From positions 928,001-992,000 of the forward strand of contig CAVSDR010000006.1 of the NCBI GenBank assembly GCA_963726745.1: 64,000 bases of DNA, in the 5' to 3' direction. Source of the DNA: an uncultured Verrucomicrobiae bacterium (GTDB lineage Bacteria; Verrucomicrobiota; Verrucomicrobiia; Chthoniobacterales; UBA10450). The stretch's first letter is position 1. The number at the start of each line of letters is the position of its first letter. A program made the position numbers and the translations under genes. The notes under the pieces were generated by a model. That model worked only from the letters and a program-made list of their open reading frames with translations, searched no databases and was not told the DNA's origin. Below, in pieces: positions 51,215-62,252 of the stretch.

Positions 51215-51289
51215 GCGGAGAAGGTCAACGCCCTGCGCGCATGGTTCAACGGGCAATTGCACCGCTCGCTCGCGGCGGTAATCTCCCGT

Positions 51290-52318
51290 ATGCGCTTTCG
51301 CACTTACAAAAACACCGATCTCAAAGTGAGCGAAGTCGGCTTCGGGCTCTGGACCATTTCCACCGGGTGGTGGGGGAATTTCACCGAAGGCGAAGCGATC
51401 GCGCTGATGCACAAGGCCTTCGATTTAGGCATCACTTTGTTCGACGCCGCCGACACCTACGGCAATGGTCTGAGCGAGGAGTTGATCGCGAAAGCGTTCC
51501 CAAAACAACGCGACGAAATCGTGATCGCGACCAAGGTCGGCTACGACTTCGTGACTCACGGCGAAAGCCGCGGCCGCGGCCAGCGCGAGATCCCGCAGGA
51601 TTTTTCGCCCGAGGCCATCCGGCGCGCGACTGACGCCGCTTTGAAGCGTCTCAAAACCGACCGCATCGACCTGCTTCAGCTGCACAACATCCGCATGGAA
51701 CAGATCGAGGATGACGCCCTCTGGACCACGCTCGAGGAATTGAAAGCGAGCGGCAAAATCCGCTATCACGGCATCGCCCTCGGGCCTGCCATTGGCTGGA
51801 TGTATGAAGGGATCAATTGCATCCGCGAGCGCGACACCACCAGCGTGCAGCACATCTACAATACGCTCGAGCAGCACCCTGGCCGCGCGATGCACGAGGC
51901 CGCCGCCGAGGCCGGGAAGGACACCATGTTCCTCATCCGCGTGACCCATTCCTCCGGGATGCTCGAGGGAAAATACACCGCCGAGACCGTCTTCCCGCCG
52001 AACGATCACCGGAATCACCGGCCGCGCAGCTGGCTGCTCAACGGGATCAAGAAAGTTGATCGTCTGCGCTTCCTGGAAAACAGCGAGCGCTCGTTAGGCC
52101 AGGCCGCGCTCCAATGGCTCCTGGCGGATGAACGCGTCGCCTCTACCCTGCCGAACATCTACGAGGAGGCGCAGCTGATCGAGTTTGCCAAGGCGCCGGA
52201 AACCGCCCGCCTCACGAGCGAAGAGATGGCGCGCATCGAGGAGGAATACGCGGAGAACTTCGGCGTCGAGCGCGAAGAGCCGAAGTATAAAGGGACGATG
52301 GAATTGGCCGAGGCGTAG
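51290..52318 (+). CDS. Aldo/keto reductase
   Basis: VSEVGFGLW, GITLFDAADTYG.G.SEE, IATKVG, LKRLKTDRIDLLQLH, GKIRY.G. Confidence 0.92.
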   Translation: MRFRTYKNTDLKVSEVGFGLWTISTGWWGNFTEGEAIALMHKAFDLGITLFDAADTYGNGLSEELIAKAFPKQRDEIVIATKVGYDFVTHGESRGRGQREIPQDFSPEAIRRATDAALKRLKTDRIDLLQLHNIRMEQIEDDALWTTLEELKASGKIRYHGIALGPAIGWMYEGINCIRERDTTSVQHIYNTLEQHPGRAMHEAAAEAGKDTMFLIRVTHSSGMLEGKYTAETVFPPNDHRNHRPRSWLLNGIKKVDRLRFLENSERSLGQAALQWLLADERVASTLPNIYEEAQLIEFAKAPETARLTSEEMARIEEEYAENFGVEREEPKYKGTMELAEA

Positions 52319-52358
52319 CCGATTTTGGCTCAGCCTAACGAGAAATTAGCCGGCAACT

Positions 52359-54233
52359 TTAGTTCGACCGGTCTTCGTCATCGCTCGGCTCGTCGGTCTG
52401 TTCGCCGTCGGTCTGCGGGCGGCGTTTCTTTCCGCCGGCCGCGACTTTGTAGACGTCCTTAAAAACCTTGCTGATGAGCGGTGCGGCCGAGCTGCCGCCG
52501 TGCACGTTCGCGCCGACGTCGCCCTCGTAAAGCGCGGCGAAGGCGAAGGCCGGCTGCTTCGCCGGCAGGAAACCGGCAAACCAGGCGGCGGTGCGCTCGC
52601 GCTTCTTCGGGCCCCACTGCGCGGTCCCGGTTTTGCCAGCGACTTCCACGCGATCGAGGCCCGCCTGGTGGGCCGTGCCGGACGATCCGCTGACCACATC
52701 GACCATCGCCTCGTGCAGTTGCTCGACCGTGCTCGGCGAGAGCCGCAGCTCGCGCTTTTCGCGCTTCTGGTAAGCGGTCACGATTTCGTTATCGAGTGTC
52801 TGCACCTGCTGCACCAGACGCGTCTGGTAGAAGCGGCCGCCGTTGGCCACGATCCCCATGGCTTGGGCCATTTGCAGCGGCGTGACTTCGCAATCCCCCT
52901 GCCCGATCGAAAGATTGGCGATGTCGCCATTGAGCAACTTCCGCCCGTGCGTCGCCTGCATGAACTTGTCGTTGGGGATCCGGCCTTCCACTTCGCCGCG
53001 CAGCGGAATGCCGCACTTCGCACCGAAGCCCAGCTTCAAGGCCCAATCGATGATCGGATCCGCGCCGGTGCGAATGCCGACCTGGTAGAACCAGGTGTCG
53101 CACGATTCCGTAAGCGCCTCGACAAAGTTGAGCGAGCCGCGATCGGTCTTCTTCCAGTTGTGGAAGGTCACGTTGCCCACGTTGATCGCCGGCGGGCAGG
53201 TGTATTCGTCGCTCGCGTTCACCGCTCCGCTCTCGAGCGCGGCGATGCCGACGGCGACCTTGAAGACCGAGCCCGGCGGATACGAAGAACGGAAGGCCCG
53301 CGGAAGCAGCGGGATGTCGGGGTCGTCCTGCAGCGCCTTGAATTTTTCCGACGAGATCGAAGGGATGAAAGCGTTTGGGTTAAACGTCGGCCACGAAGCC
53401 ATCGCGAGGATGTCGCCATTGTTCGGATCAACGACCACAATGGCGCCGCGCTTGGCCTTGGCCTCGAGCGCTTTTTCCGCCAACTCCTGCAAGCGCACAT
53501 CGATCGTCGTGACCACGGTGTAGCCCGGCACCGGCGGCTTGATGATGCGCTCGGAGGTTTTGCGGCCGTCCTTGTCGAAGGTCATTTTGTATTCGCCATG
53601 CTGCCCGGTGAGCATGGTGTTGAAGGTTTGCTCGAGGCCTTCGCGGCCTTCCGTCTCCGGCCAAAGCACCTCATGATTATCAATCGCGCCGTCGGGATTC
53701 CGCCCGGTCTTGCCGGTAAATCCGATCACGTGTCCGGCGAGGCGGCCGCGGGGATAAACGCGGATGTAAATCGGCCGAAGAAGCATCGCTTCCGGGAGCT
53801 TTTTCTTGAGCTGATCGGACTGCTCCTCACTCAAATTCTGCGCCACCTCCAGCGGGAGAATGCCGCGGTTGTGGTAATGCCGCAGGATCAACTCATCGGA
53901 AATGCGGAGCGAGCGACCAAGGGCCTTCTCCGCGGCGGCCACGCGTTCGCGGGCGAAGGCGACCGCTTCTTTATCGGAAAATTCCAGCGGCGTCGGGAAG
54001 CTGATCGCTAGGTTGTAGCTTAATTTATTCTGCGCCAGCGGCTCGCCGTAGCGGTCGACGATCTGCCCGCGCGGCGCCGGAATATCGAGCACGTAGGCGC
54101 GCGCGGATTTTTGCGTCTCGTACGTCGGGACGATGGTCTCCTCGACCTGGTCCGGCGCCGGGCTCGCCTCCGGCTGGGCGCGCACCAGCGCAGGCAAAGC
54201 GGCGAGCAGGAGAGCAGCGAGGAGTTTATTCAC
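52359..54233 (-). CDS. mrdA: Class B penicillin-binding protein 2
   Basis: APRGQIVDRYG, YPPGSVFK (SxxK), SCD (SxN-like), GKTGTAQ; GTG start chosen. Confidence 0.9.
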   Translation of the reverse strand: MNKLLAALLLAALPALVRAQPEASPAPDQVEETIVPTYETQKSARAYVLDIPAPRGQIVDRYGEPLAQNKLSYNLAISFPTPLEFSDKEAVAFARERVAAAEKALGRSLRISDELILRHYHNRGILPLEVAQNLSEEQSDQLKKKLPEAMLLRPIYIRVYPRGRLAGHVIGFTGKTGRNPDGAIDNHEVLWPETEGREGLEQTFNTMLTGQHGEYKMTFDKDGRKTSERIIKPPVPGYTVVTTIDVRLQELAEKALEAKAKRGAIVVVDPNNGDILAMASWPTFNPNAFIPSISSEKFKALQDDPDIPLLPRAFRSSYPPGSVFKVAVGIAALESGAVNASDEYTCPPAINVGNVTFHNWKKTDRGSLNFVEALTESCDTWFYQVGIRTGADPIIDWALKLGFGAKCGIPLRGEVEGRIPNDKFMQATHGRKLLNGDIANLSIGQGDCEVTPLQMAQAMGIVANGGRFYQTRLVQQVQTLDNEIVTAYQKREKRELRLSPSTVEQLHEAMVDVVSGSSGTAHQAGLDRVEVAGKTGTAQWGPKKRERTAAWFAGFLPAKQPAFAFAALYEGDVGANVHGGSSAAPLISKVFKDVYKVAAGGKKRRPQTDGEQTDEPSDDEDRSN

Positions 54234-54314
54234 GGAGCTAGAACAGATAGCAGTCTCGCACCGTTCGTAAATCGGCCGCACGCGCCGCGTCGGGCCGCGG
54301 GAAAAACAATGCGT

Positions 54315-54842
54315 CTACGGAGTCGGCTGCGCGCTCGCGGCCGGCGCAGCGCTCGGCACCGGTTTCACCGCCGGCTGCGGCCCGGTCACACCCACGGCGA
54401 GATCGGCGGGCGTTGGCGGGTTGCCCTCCGTGATCGCAGGACCTTCGCCCCCGGGGGTCGGATTGGTTACCGTGTTCGGCGCGCCGACCGCAGGTCCGCT
54501 CTCCGGAGCAGCCGCCGCGACTGAAGCCCCCGGTGAAGCTGCCGGGATTGCCGTGGTCGGGCTGGTTTTCATCAATTCCTGCCGCAAACCGCTGGTGGTG
54601 CCGCTGCGGTGGGCATAGAGCACCGAGAGGAGAAAAGTGAGAAAGAAGAACGTGCCCGCGAGCCAGCCGGTTACTTTAGTCAGCACATTGGTGGTCTGGG
54701 CGCCGAAGATATTGTCCGTGACTCCGCCGCCAAAGGCTGCGCCCAAGCCCTCGCTTTTCGGACGCTGCATGAGGATGACCAGGATCATCAGGAGCGAAAC
54801 CAGCACGAAGATGACGAGGACGACGTTAAGTAGGATGGCCAT
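54315..54842 (-). CDS. secG: Preprotein translocase subunit SecG with long Pro/Ala-rich tail
   Basis: ILVILMQRPKSEGLGAAFGGG...IFGA....VLTKVT. Confidence 0.93.
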   Translation of the reverse strand: MAILLNVVLVIFVLVSLLMILVILMQRPKSEGLGAAFGGGVTDNIFGAQTTNVLTKVTGWLAGTFFFLTFLLSVLYAHRSGTTSGLRQELMKTSPTTAIPAASPGASVAAAAPESGPAVGAPNTVTNPTPGGEGPAITEGNPPTPADLAVGVTGPQPAVKPVPSAAPAASAQPTP

Positions 54843-54904
54843 TTTGCGGACGGGCAATATGTCCAAAGGCTGGCGTTTGTAAAACAGCAGTCGAAGGTGG
54901 CCCG

Positions 54905-55960
54905 ATGCAGGTCCGCGGCGAACATTTCCAGACCATCTGGCTGAAGCCGGACGACCCGCGCGTGGTCCAGATCATTGACCAGCGCTTTCTCCCCCACCGC
55001 TTCGTCATTGAAGACCTGCACACCGTCGCGGAAATGGCGGTCGCGATTCGCGAAATGCACGTCCGCGGCGCGGGCTTGATCGGCGCGGCGGCGGGCTACG
55101 GAATGTATCTGGCGGCGCTCGCGGGCGAGGATCTCGCGCGAGCCGCCGCGCTCTTGAAAGCCACCCGCCCGACCGCGGTCAACCTCGCCTGGGCGGTCGA
55201 GCGCCAGCTCGCGAGCGACGATCCCCTGCGCACCGCGCGCGAGATTGCGGCCGAGGACGCGGACTTTTGCCGACGCATTGGCGAGCACGGAATTGGCCTC
55301 CTGCGCGAGATCGCCGCGCGCAAAAACGGCGCGCCGGTCAACGTGCTCACGCATTGCAACGCCGGCTGGCTCGCCTTCGTCGATTACGGCTCCGCGACCG
55401 CGCCGATCTATGCGGCGCACGACGCCGGCCTCGCGGTCCACGTTTGGGTCGACGAAACCCGTCCGCGCAACCAGGGCGCCAAGCTGACCGCCTGGGAACT
55501 CGGCGAGCACGGCGTGCCGCACACGGTTATTGCCGACAACACCGGCGGCCACTTAATGCAGCGCGGGCTGGTCGATCTCGTGATCGTCGGGACCGATCGC
55601 ACCACCTTCACCGGCGACGTCGCGAACAAGATCGGGACCTACCTGAAAGCGCTCGCGGCGCAGGATAACGGCGTGCCCTTCTATGTTGCCCTGCCCTCCT
55701 CCTCGTTTGACTGGGAGTTGCGCGAGGGCGCGGAGATTCCGATCGAGGAACGTGGCGCCGAGGAAGTGAAATTTGCCGACGGGATGGCGAATGGCGAAGT
55801 CGTCGAGGTGCGTCTGACGCCGGAGCACAGCGCCGCGGCGAACTACGGCTTCGACGTTACTCCGCGAAGATTAATCAGCGGATTGATCACCGAGCGCGGC
55901 CTCTGCCAGGCGAACGAGGAGAGCATTCTCGGCCTTTACCCAGAGCGGAGAAAAGCGTGA
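54905..55960 (+). CDS. mtnA: S-methyl-5-thioribose-1-phosphate isomerase
   Basis: IDQRFLP, MHVRGA, RPTAVNL, LTHCNAG.LA, DETRPRNQG.KLT.WEL, NKIGTY, FDVTP. Confidence 0.95.
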   Translation: MQVRGEHFQTIWLKPDDPRVVQIIDQRFLPHRFVIEDLHTVAEMAVAIREMHVRGAGLIGAAAGYGMYLAALAGEDLARAAALLKATRPTAVNLAWAVERQLASDDPLRTAREIAAEDADFCRRIGEHGIGLLREIAARKNGAPVNVLTHCNAGWLAFVDYGSATAPIYAAHDAGLAVHVWVDETRPRNQGAKLTAWELGEHGVPHTVIADNTGGHLMQRGLVDLVIVGTDRTTFTGDVANKIGTYLKALAAQDNGVPFYVALPSSSFDWELREGAEIPIEERGAEEVKFADGMANGEVVEVRLTPEHSAAANYGFDVTPRRLISGLITERGLCQANEESILGLYPERRKA

Positions 55961-56550
55961 GCGAGACCGGTGTCATCAAGTTCCACTGCGAGCGGGAACC
56001 CGGCACCGTCCCGGCTTTCGAAGGCTTCGAGGCAATCCAGCGAACGCGGCGCAAGCTCCAGCAACTGCGCCTGCTCGGCGTGGGCGCGGACGGGATCGGC
56101 TACGGCAATCTCAGCCTGCGCGTTGGCCTAACGAATGAATTTTTCATCACCGGCTCCGGCACCGGCGGCCTCCCGCAGCTCGGCCTGGAAGACGTGGCCC
56201 GGGTGACGGCGGTCGACTTCGCGCGCAACTGGCTCCGCTGCACGGGCGGGACAGTCGCTTCCTCGGAATCGCTCACGCACGCTGCGATCTACGCCGCTGC
56301 GCCCAAGGTGCTGGCTATTCTCCACGGGCACAGCTCCGCGCTCTGGACGCGCCTGCGCGACCGCGTGCCGACTACCTCCGCTGCGGTCGAATACGGCACG
56401 CCCGCGATGGCCGCGGAAGTGCAGCGTCTCTTCGCGGAGACCGAGGTGCGCGAGCACGGACTCTTCATCATGGGCGGGCACGAGGGCGGCCTGATTGCTT
56501 TCGGCGCAAGCCTCGACGAAGCGCTGGCGCGCGTCCTCAGCGCTCCTTAA
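55957..56550 (+). CDS. Class II aldolase/adducin family protein (MtnB-like or MTA-shunt aldolase)
   Basis: GNLS.R, F.ITGSG, SSESLTHAAIY, HGHS; GTGA overlap with mtnA. Confidence 0.85.
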   Translation: MSETGVIKFHCEREPGTVPAFEGFEAIQRTRRKLQQLRLLGVGADGIGYGNLSLRVGLTNEFFITGSGTGGLPQLGLEDVARVTAVDFARNWLRCTGGTVASSESLTHAAIYAAAPKVLAILHGHSSALWTRLRDRVPTTSAAVEYGTPAMAAEVQRLFAETEVREHGLFIMGGHEGGLIAFGASLDEALARVLSAP

Positions 56551-57329
56551 GCCGCGGTTTTGCGCGCAAGCTTCTGCGCGTTCCAGATCGCGTCGAGCTC
56601 CGCGAGCCCGAGTTCGCCAAGTTGTTTCCCTTGCGCGTGGACTTCGTCCTCCATTTCGTTGAAGCGATGGACGAATTTATCCGTCGCTTTCTGGAGCAAA
56701 GTTTCCGCGTCGAGGTGCTGCTTGCGCGCCAGGTTCACCACCGCAAAAAGCAGGTCGCCGATCTCCTCCGCGATCTCAGTTTCGCCGCCCGCCGCAACCG
56801 CTTCCTTCGTCTCCGCGAGTTCCTCGTCGATCTTCGCGACCACGTCCGCGATCGTGTCCCAATCGAAGTGCACGTGCGCCGCTTTCTTCTGCACCTTCTG
56901 CGCGCGCATCAACGCCGGCAGCGCCTCGGCCACGCCGGTGAGGTAATGCTTTTGCGTCCCGCGTTTCTCCTCGCGCTTCACGTTGTCCCACAGCTTCACC
57001 ACCTCGCCGGCGTCGCGCGCCTGGTCCTCGCCGAAGACGTGCGGGTGCCGGCGGATAAGCTTCGCGGTCAGGTCGGTGATCACTTCCTCCGCGCCGAAAT
57101 TTGCGCGCTCGCTCGCGATCTGCGCGTGCATCAGCACGAGCAACAAAACGTCGCCTAATTCCTCGCGCAGGTTCACGTCGTCGTTCTCCCGCACCGCGTG
57201 CGCGACCTCGTAAGCCTCCTCGAGCAGCTTCGGGATGAGCGATTCATTCGTCTGCTCGCGGTCCCACGGGCAACCGTCCGGCGCGCGCAGGTGCGCGATC
57301 ACCTCGCGCAGTTGGTCAAAGGCGGTCAT
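56547..57329 (-). CDS. mazG: Nucleoside triphosphate pyrophosphohydrolase MazG
   Basis: LRAPDGCPWDREQT, EEAYEV, EELGD, KLIRRHPHVFG, EEIGDLLF..VN. Confidence 0.95.
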   Translation of the reverse strand: MTAFDQLREVIAHLRAPDGCPWDREQTNESLIPKLLEEAYEVAHAVRENDDVNLREELGDVLLLVLMHAQIASERANFGAEEVITDLTAKLIRRHPHVFGEDQARDAGEVVKLWDNVKREEKRGTQKHYLTGVAEALPALMRAQKVQKKAAHVHFDWDTIADVVAKIDEELAETKEAVAAGGETEIAEEIGDLLFAVVNLARKQHLDAETLLQKATDKFVHRFNEMEDEVHAQGKQLGELGLAELDAIWNAQKLARKTAA

Positions 57330-57337
57330 GGCGCAAT

Positions 57338-58060
57338 CTATATGCGCCAGAGCGATCGGTGCGCGCCGAATTCCGAAATCTCGCCGGTAGTTTTCTTGCC
57401 GACGTAAATCGTGATCCCGATGACGAGCGCGAAAGTGCCGGCAAAAAGCACCGCCACCAGCCAGGAAGGGATATGCCCGATGCTCAGGCTGCGATAAAAG
57501 GCCCACGCGCTATCGATCGGCTCGCTCGCGTGCAGAAAGATCTTCGTGACCCACGCGACCATGATCAGGATGAAGATGAAGGTGTAGTTCCGTTTCAGGC
57601 GCCGGCCGACCGCTTCGAGTTTGCTGATCTTGAAGCGCGGCAGGATGAGATCTTCGCAGACCAGCTTCTTCCATTCGCCCTGCAGCATCTGGCGATTTTC
57701 CATCACCATCGGGACGAGGAAATGCGCCTCGAGCATGCGCACCCGGGCGCGGAAGGCATCGTAGAAGCGATAGCGCCGCGCCTCGATCCAGAGCATCCCC
57801 CAGACGATCGCGAGATTGAAAAAGAAGATGATGTGCGGGACCTCGCGGTTCGAAAAAGCGATCGTGATAATCGCGGTGCTGGAGGTGATGGCCCAGTTCG
57901 TGGTGATGTCGAGCCGCTGCCGCCAGATCATGATCCGCCCGAGTTCGCCGCGGTAGAAATGCGACATCGCATTGACGTAACCGGGGTCGTAGATGCTGCG
58001 CTGGAGCGAGACGGTGCGCTCAGTGCTGCTGCTTTCGGGCGAAGTGTTTTCGGTTGCCAC
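57338..58060 (-). CDS. DUF2270 membrane protein
   Basis: HFYRGE.GR...WRQRLD.TTNWA, IEARRYR..D.FRARVR.LE, EA.GRRL.RNY. Confidence 0.88.
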   Translation of the reverse strand: MATENTSPESSSTERTVSLQRSIYDPGYVNAMSHFYRGELGRIMIWRQRLDITTNWAITSSTAIITIAFSNREVPHIIFFFNLAIVWGMLWIEARRYRFYDAFRARVRMLEAHFLVPMVMENRQMLQGEWKKLVCEDLILPRFKISKLEAVGRRLKRNYTFIFILIMVAWVTKIFLHASEPIDSAWAFYRSLSIGHIPSWLVAVLFAGTFALVIGITIYVGKKTTGEISEFGAHRSLWRI

Positions 58061-58128
58061 GCGTTGGTCGTTAACTGGATAACTGCTTTGCCGCGCGAAG
58101 CCAACTTTTCCTCCGGCGAACTCTCCTT

Positions 58129-58596
58129 ATGGCTGTGGTCCTTTCTGATCTGCTCGCGGAAGAACGGGTGCTGCTCGAGTTGCGCGCGCGCACCCGGGAC
58201 GACGCACTCCGGGAAATCGTGGGCGTGATGCAGAGCGATGCCGCCCTGAAAGCGGCGGATAAATTCCTCGCGCAGGTCCAGGCGCGCGAAACCGCCAGCT
58301 CCACCTATGTCGGAAATGGCGTTGCTTTCCCGCATGCGCGCAGCGAGTTCGCTGCGGAGATGGTGCTGGGGATCGGACGCAGCTCAGCAGGCGTGCCTTT
58401 CGGCGATCAAGGGGCGCGCGCTCATCTCATCTTCCTGGTCGCGGTGCCGCAACGGATGGTGACGGATTACCTCGTCTGCATGGGCGCGCTCGCGCGCCTA
58501 ACGAAAGCAGAGGCCACGCGCACCGCATTGCTTGAGGCGGCGACCGCGTCGGAGTTGGTTGAGCTCTTGCGCGCGGGCTCGCTCCTGCTGCACTAA
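58129..58596 (+). CDS. PTS EIIA (Ntr/Fru-type) domain protein
   Basis: RE...ST.VGNGVAFPHAR, GVPF, HLIFLV. Confidence 0.88.
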   Translation: MAVVLSDLLAEERVLLELRARTRDDALREIVGVMQSDAALKAADKFLAQVQARETASSTYVGNGVAFPHARSEFAAEMVLGIGRSSAGVPFGDQGARAHLIFLVAVPQRMVTDYLVCMGALARLTKAEATRTALLEAATASELVELLRAGSLLLH

Positions 58597-59333
58597 TGGG
58601 AGCTGGACGCTTCCAGCGGCGGCAGGTCGGTGCGCGCGCGCTGCCGCCGGTAATACCAGCGATGCAGACGATGCGGCGAAAGGCCGAGCTTGAAGAGCAA
58701 GAGGAAGAGACCGTTCTGGATGCTCTTCCGCCAGGCGCCTTCGCGCAGATGGCGGCGCGAGGAAGTTTGCACTGGCGGATCGAGCACGACCACCGGGCCG
58801 GCGGCGCGCAGTCGGCGCGAGAATTCCACGTCCTCCATCAGGGGAATTTCCGCGAAGCCGCCGAGCTCCCGGAAGACGCTCCGCCGCACGAAGACCGATT
58901 GATCGCCGAAGAGCGTGCCGCCGTTCCGCGTGAGGAAACGCGCCACCGGCTCGAGCCACCGGAGCCGCGGATGCCGGTCGTCGAACTTCCGGTAGAAGGC
59001 GCCACCCACGATTCCCCCGGCGCTCATCTTGCTGGCTAATTCCCGCAGGTGCACCGCCGTCATCTCGGTGTCGGCGTGTTGGAACAAGAGCACCTCGCCG
59101 CGGGCGTGGCGCGCGCCGAGATTCATCTGCGCGCCGCGGCTGGGCGTGGGGCAACGGAGAAACTGCGCGCCGTGCGCCCGCGCGACCTGTTCGCAGGCCG
59201 CGTCGCCGGAGGCATCGACGACGATGATTTCGCCGGCGGAAATCGTAGGCAAAAGCTGTGCGAGATCTTCCGCGTCGCGCCAGCAGGGAATGACCACGCT
59301 GATCGTCGCCGGCGCGGGCGCCTCGGCGCTCAC
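58593..59333 (-). CDS. Glycosyltransferase family 2 (TIGR04283-like)
   Basis: ISVVIP, SRG.QMN.GA, LLF.HAD, FGDQ..F, GGF.EIPLMEDV, TSSRR. Confidence 0.88.
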   Translation of the reverse strand: MSAEAPAPATISVVIPCWRDAEDLAQLLPTISAGEIIVVDASGDAACEQVARAHGAQFLRCPTPSRGAQMNLGARHARGEVLLFQHADTEMTAVHLRELASKMSAGGIVGGAFYRKFDDRHPRLRWLEPVARFLTRNGGTLFGDQSVFVRRSVFRELGGFAEIPLMEDVEFSRRLRAAGPVVVLDPPVQTSSRRHLREGAWRKSIQNGLFLLLFKLGLSPHRLHRWYYRRQRARTDLPPLEASSSH

Positions 59334-60178
59334 GAGTTTTTCTTCAGGAGCTGCGCGCGGGCGCGGTCGAGCGCGCGCCGTTCCGCCGTCGTCAGGCTGT
59401 TGATGCCGTGCTGGCTGATCTTGTCGAGCAACGGGTCGATCGACTCGTAGACATCCTCGGGCTCGACCGTGCGGCGCGCGCTCGCGCGCGGCACGACCTT
59501 GAATTTCGGCTTCGGCTGCAGCCGCTCGCGGATGTTCGTGAGCCACTCGAACTCCGAGCCGATCCCGCGCGAGCGAATGTAGAAGAAGGCCACGGCGACG
59601 GTGGTCCAAAGAACCACGAGCGAACTCCAGTCGTGCGCGGCTAGCGCGGCCAAGGTGCCGATGGCCACAAGGATGAGCGCGATCCACTTCGTCTGGATGC
59701 GCAGGAGCATCATCTCCATCGAAGGATAGATGCTGGCAAAGGCGAGGAAGATGCCGAAATGCAGCGCGCCGGAGCCGACCAACCCGAGCCGCAAGACCAG
59801 GCCGAGGGCGGTCAAGACCAGCGCCGGCACAAACAGCAGCAGCGCATAGAGCGTGATGAAACCGCGCCGCCCGATGAAGCGCTCCACCTCCCGCCCGAAG
59901 GTGAAGAGCATATACATCTCGATGGCAAACCAGAGCAGCCCCGAGGGCGCATGCACCAGCGCGTAGGTGCAGAGCCGCCAGATTTCGCCCGCGCCCAGGA
60001 CGAGTGCACTGTCGAACGGCAGATAATTCAAAAACCCGGCCTGCGTGCCGGCAAAGAGCAGCGCGGTCAGGACCGCCGCGGCCACGTGGACCCCAACAAG
60101 CAGCGTGGTCACATCGACCGGGTAACGCCCGACCCAGGTCACCGGCTTATACTCGTCCGAAGTGGCGACGCCGAACAT
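59330..60178 (-). CDS. Rhomboid-like membrane protein with C-terminal DUF6576-like domain
   Basis: GEIWRL.TY.LVH, FGREVE, C-terminal IDPLLDKISQHGINSLT..ER..L. Confidence 0.8.
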   Translation of the reverse strand: MFGVATSDEYKPVTWVGRYPVDVTTLLVGVHVAAAVLTALLFAGTQAGFLNYLPFDSALVLGAGEIWRLCTYALVHAPSGLLWFAIEMYMLFTFGREVERFIGRRGFITLYALLLFVPALVLTALGLVLRLGLVGSGALHFGIFLAFASIYPSMEMMLLRIQTKWIALILVAIGTLAALAAHDWSSLVVLWTTVAVAFFYIRSRGIGSEFEWLTNIRERLQPKPKFKVVPRASARRTVEPEDVYESIDPLLDKISQHGINSLTTAERRALDRARAQLLKKNS

Positions 60179-60268
60179 TGCTCGAAATAAACGGCGCGCC
60201 CTCCGCTTCCGCAAGCGGCGTTCCGCGCCGACCAGCGGGCCGCCGGCCGAACGACGCGCGATTACCTT

Positions 60269-60297
60269 TGGACAACGCTCCCCCTAGAAAATATCCT
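60269..60297 (+). promoter_or_regulatory. Putative sigma70 promoter of pckG
   Basis: TGGACA-17 bp-TATCCT, followed by SD GAAGGAG. Confidence 0.55.
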
Positions 60298-60329
60298 GTC
60301 AGTCCCTTCGCGCCCGAAGGAGCAAACCT

Positions 60330-62129
<1,800 letters not shown>

Positions 62130-62141
<12 letters not shown>

Positions 62142-62201
62142 CAGGATTCCGCAGGATTTCCCCTAATCCTGTTCATCCTGAAAATCCTGTCAATCCTGTC
62201 T
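62130..62201. repeat. Inverted array of 9-10-bp CAGGAT/ATCCTG repeats (hairpin; possible terminator)
   Basis: AGACAGGATTAACAGGATTCCGCAGGATT ... AATCCTGTTCATCCTGAAAATCCTGTCAATCCTGTCT. Confidence 0.85.
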
Positions 62202-62252
62202 AGTTCGTCTGGGGTTAGTTGCGCCGGAAGTCCGCCGCCCGGATAGTCTCCG

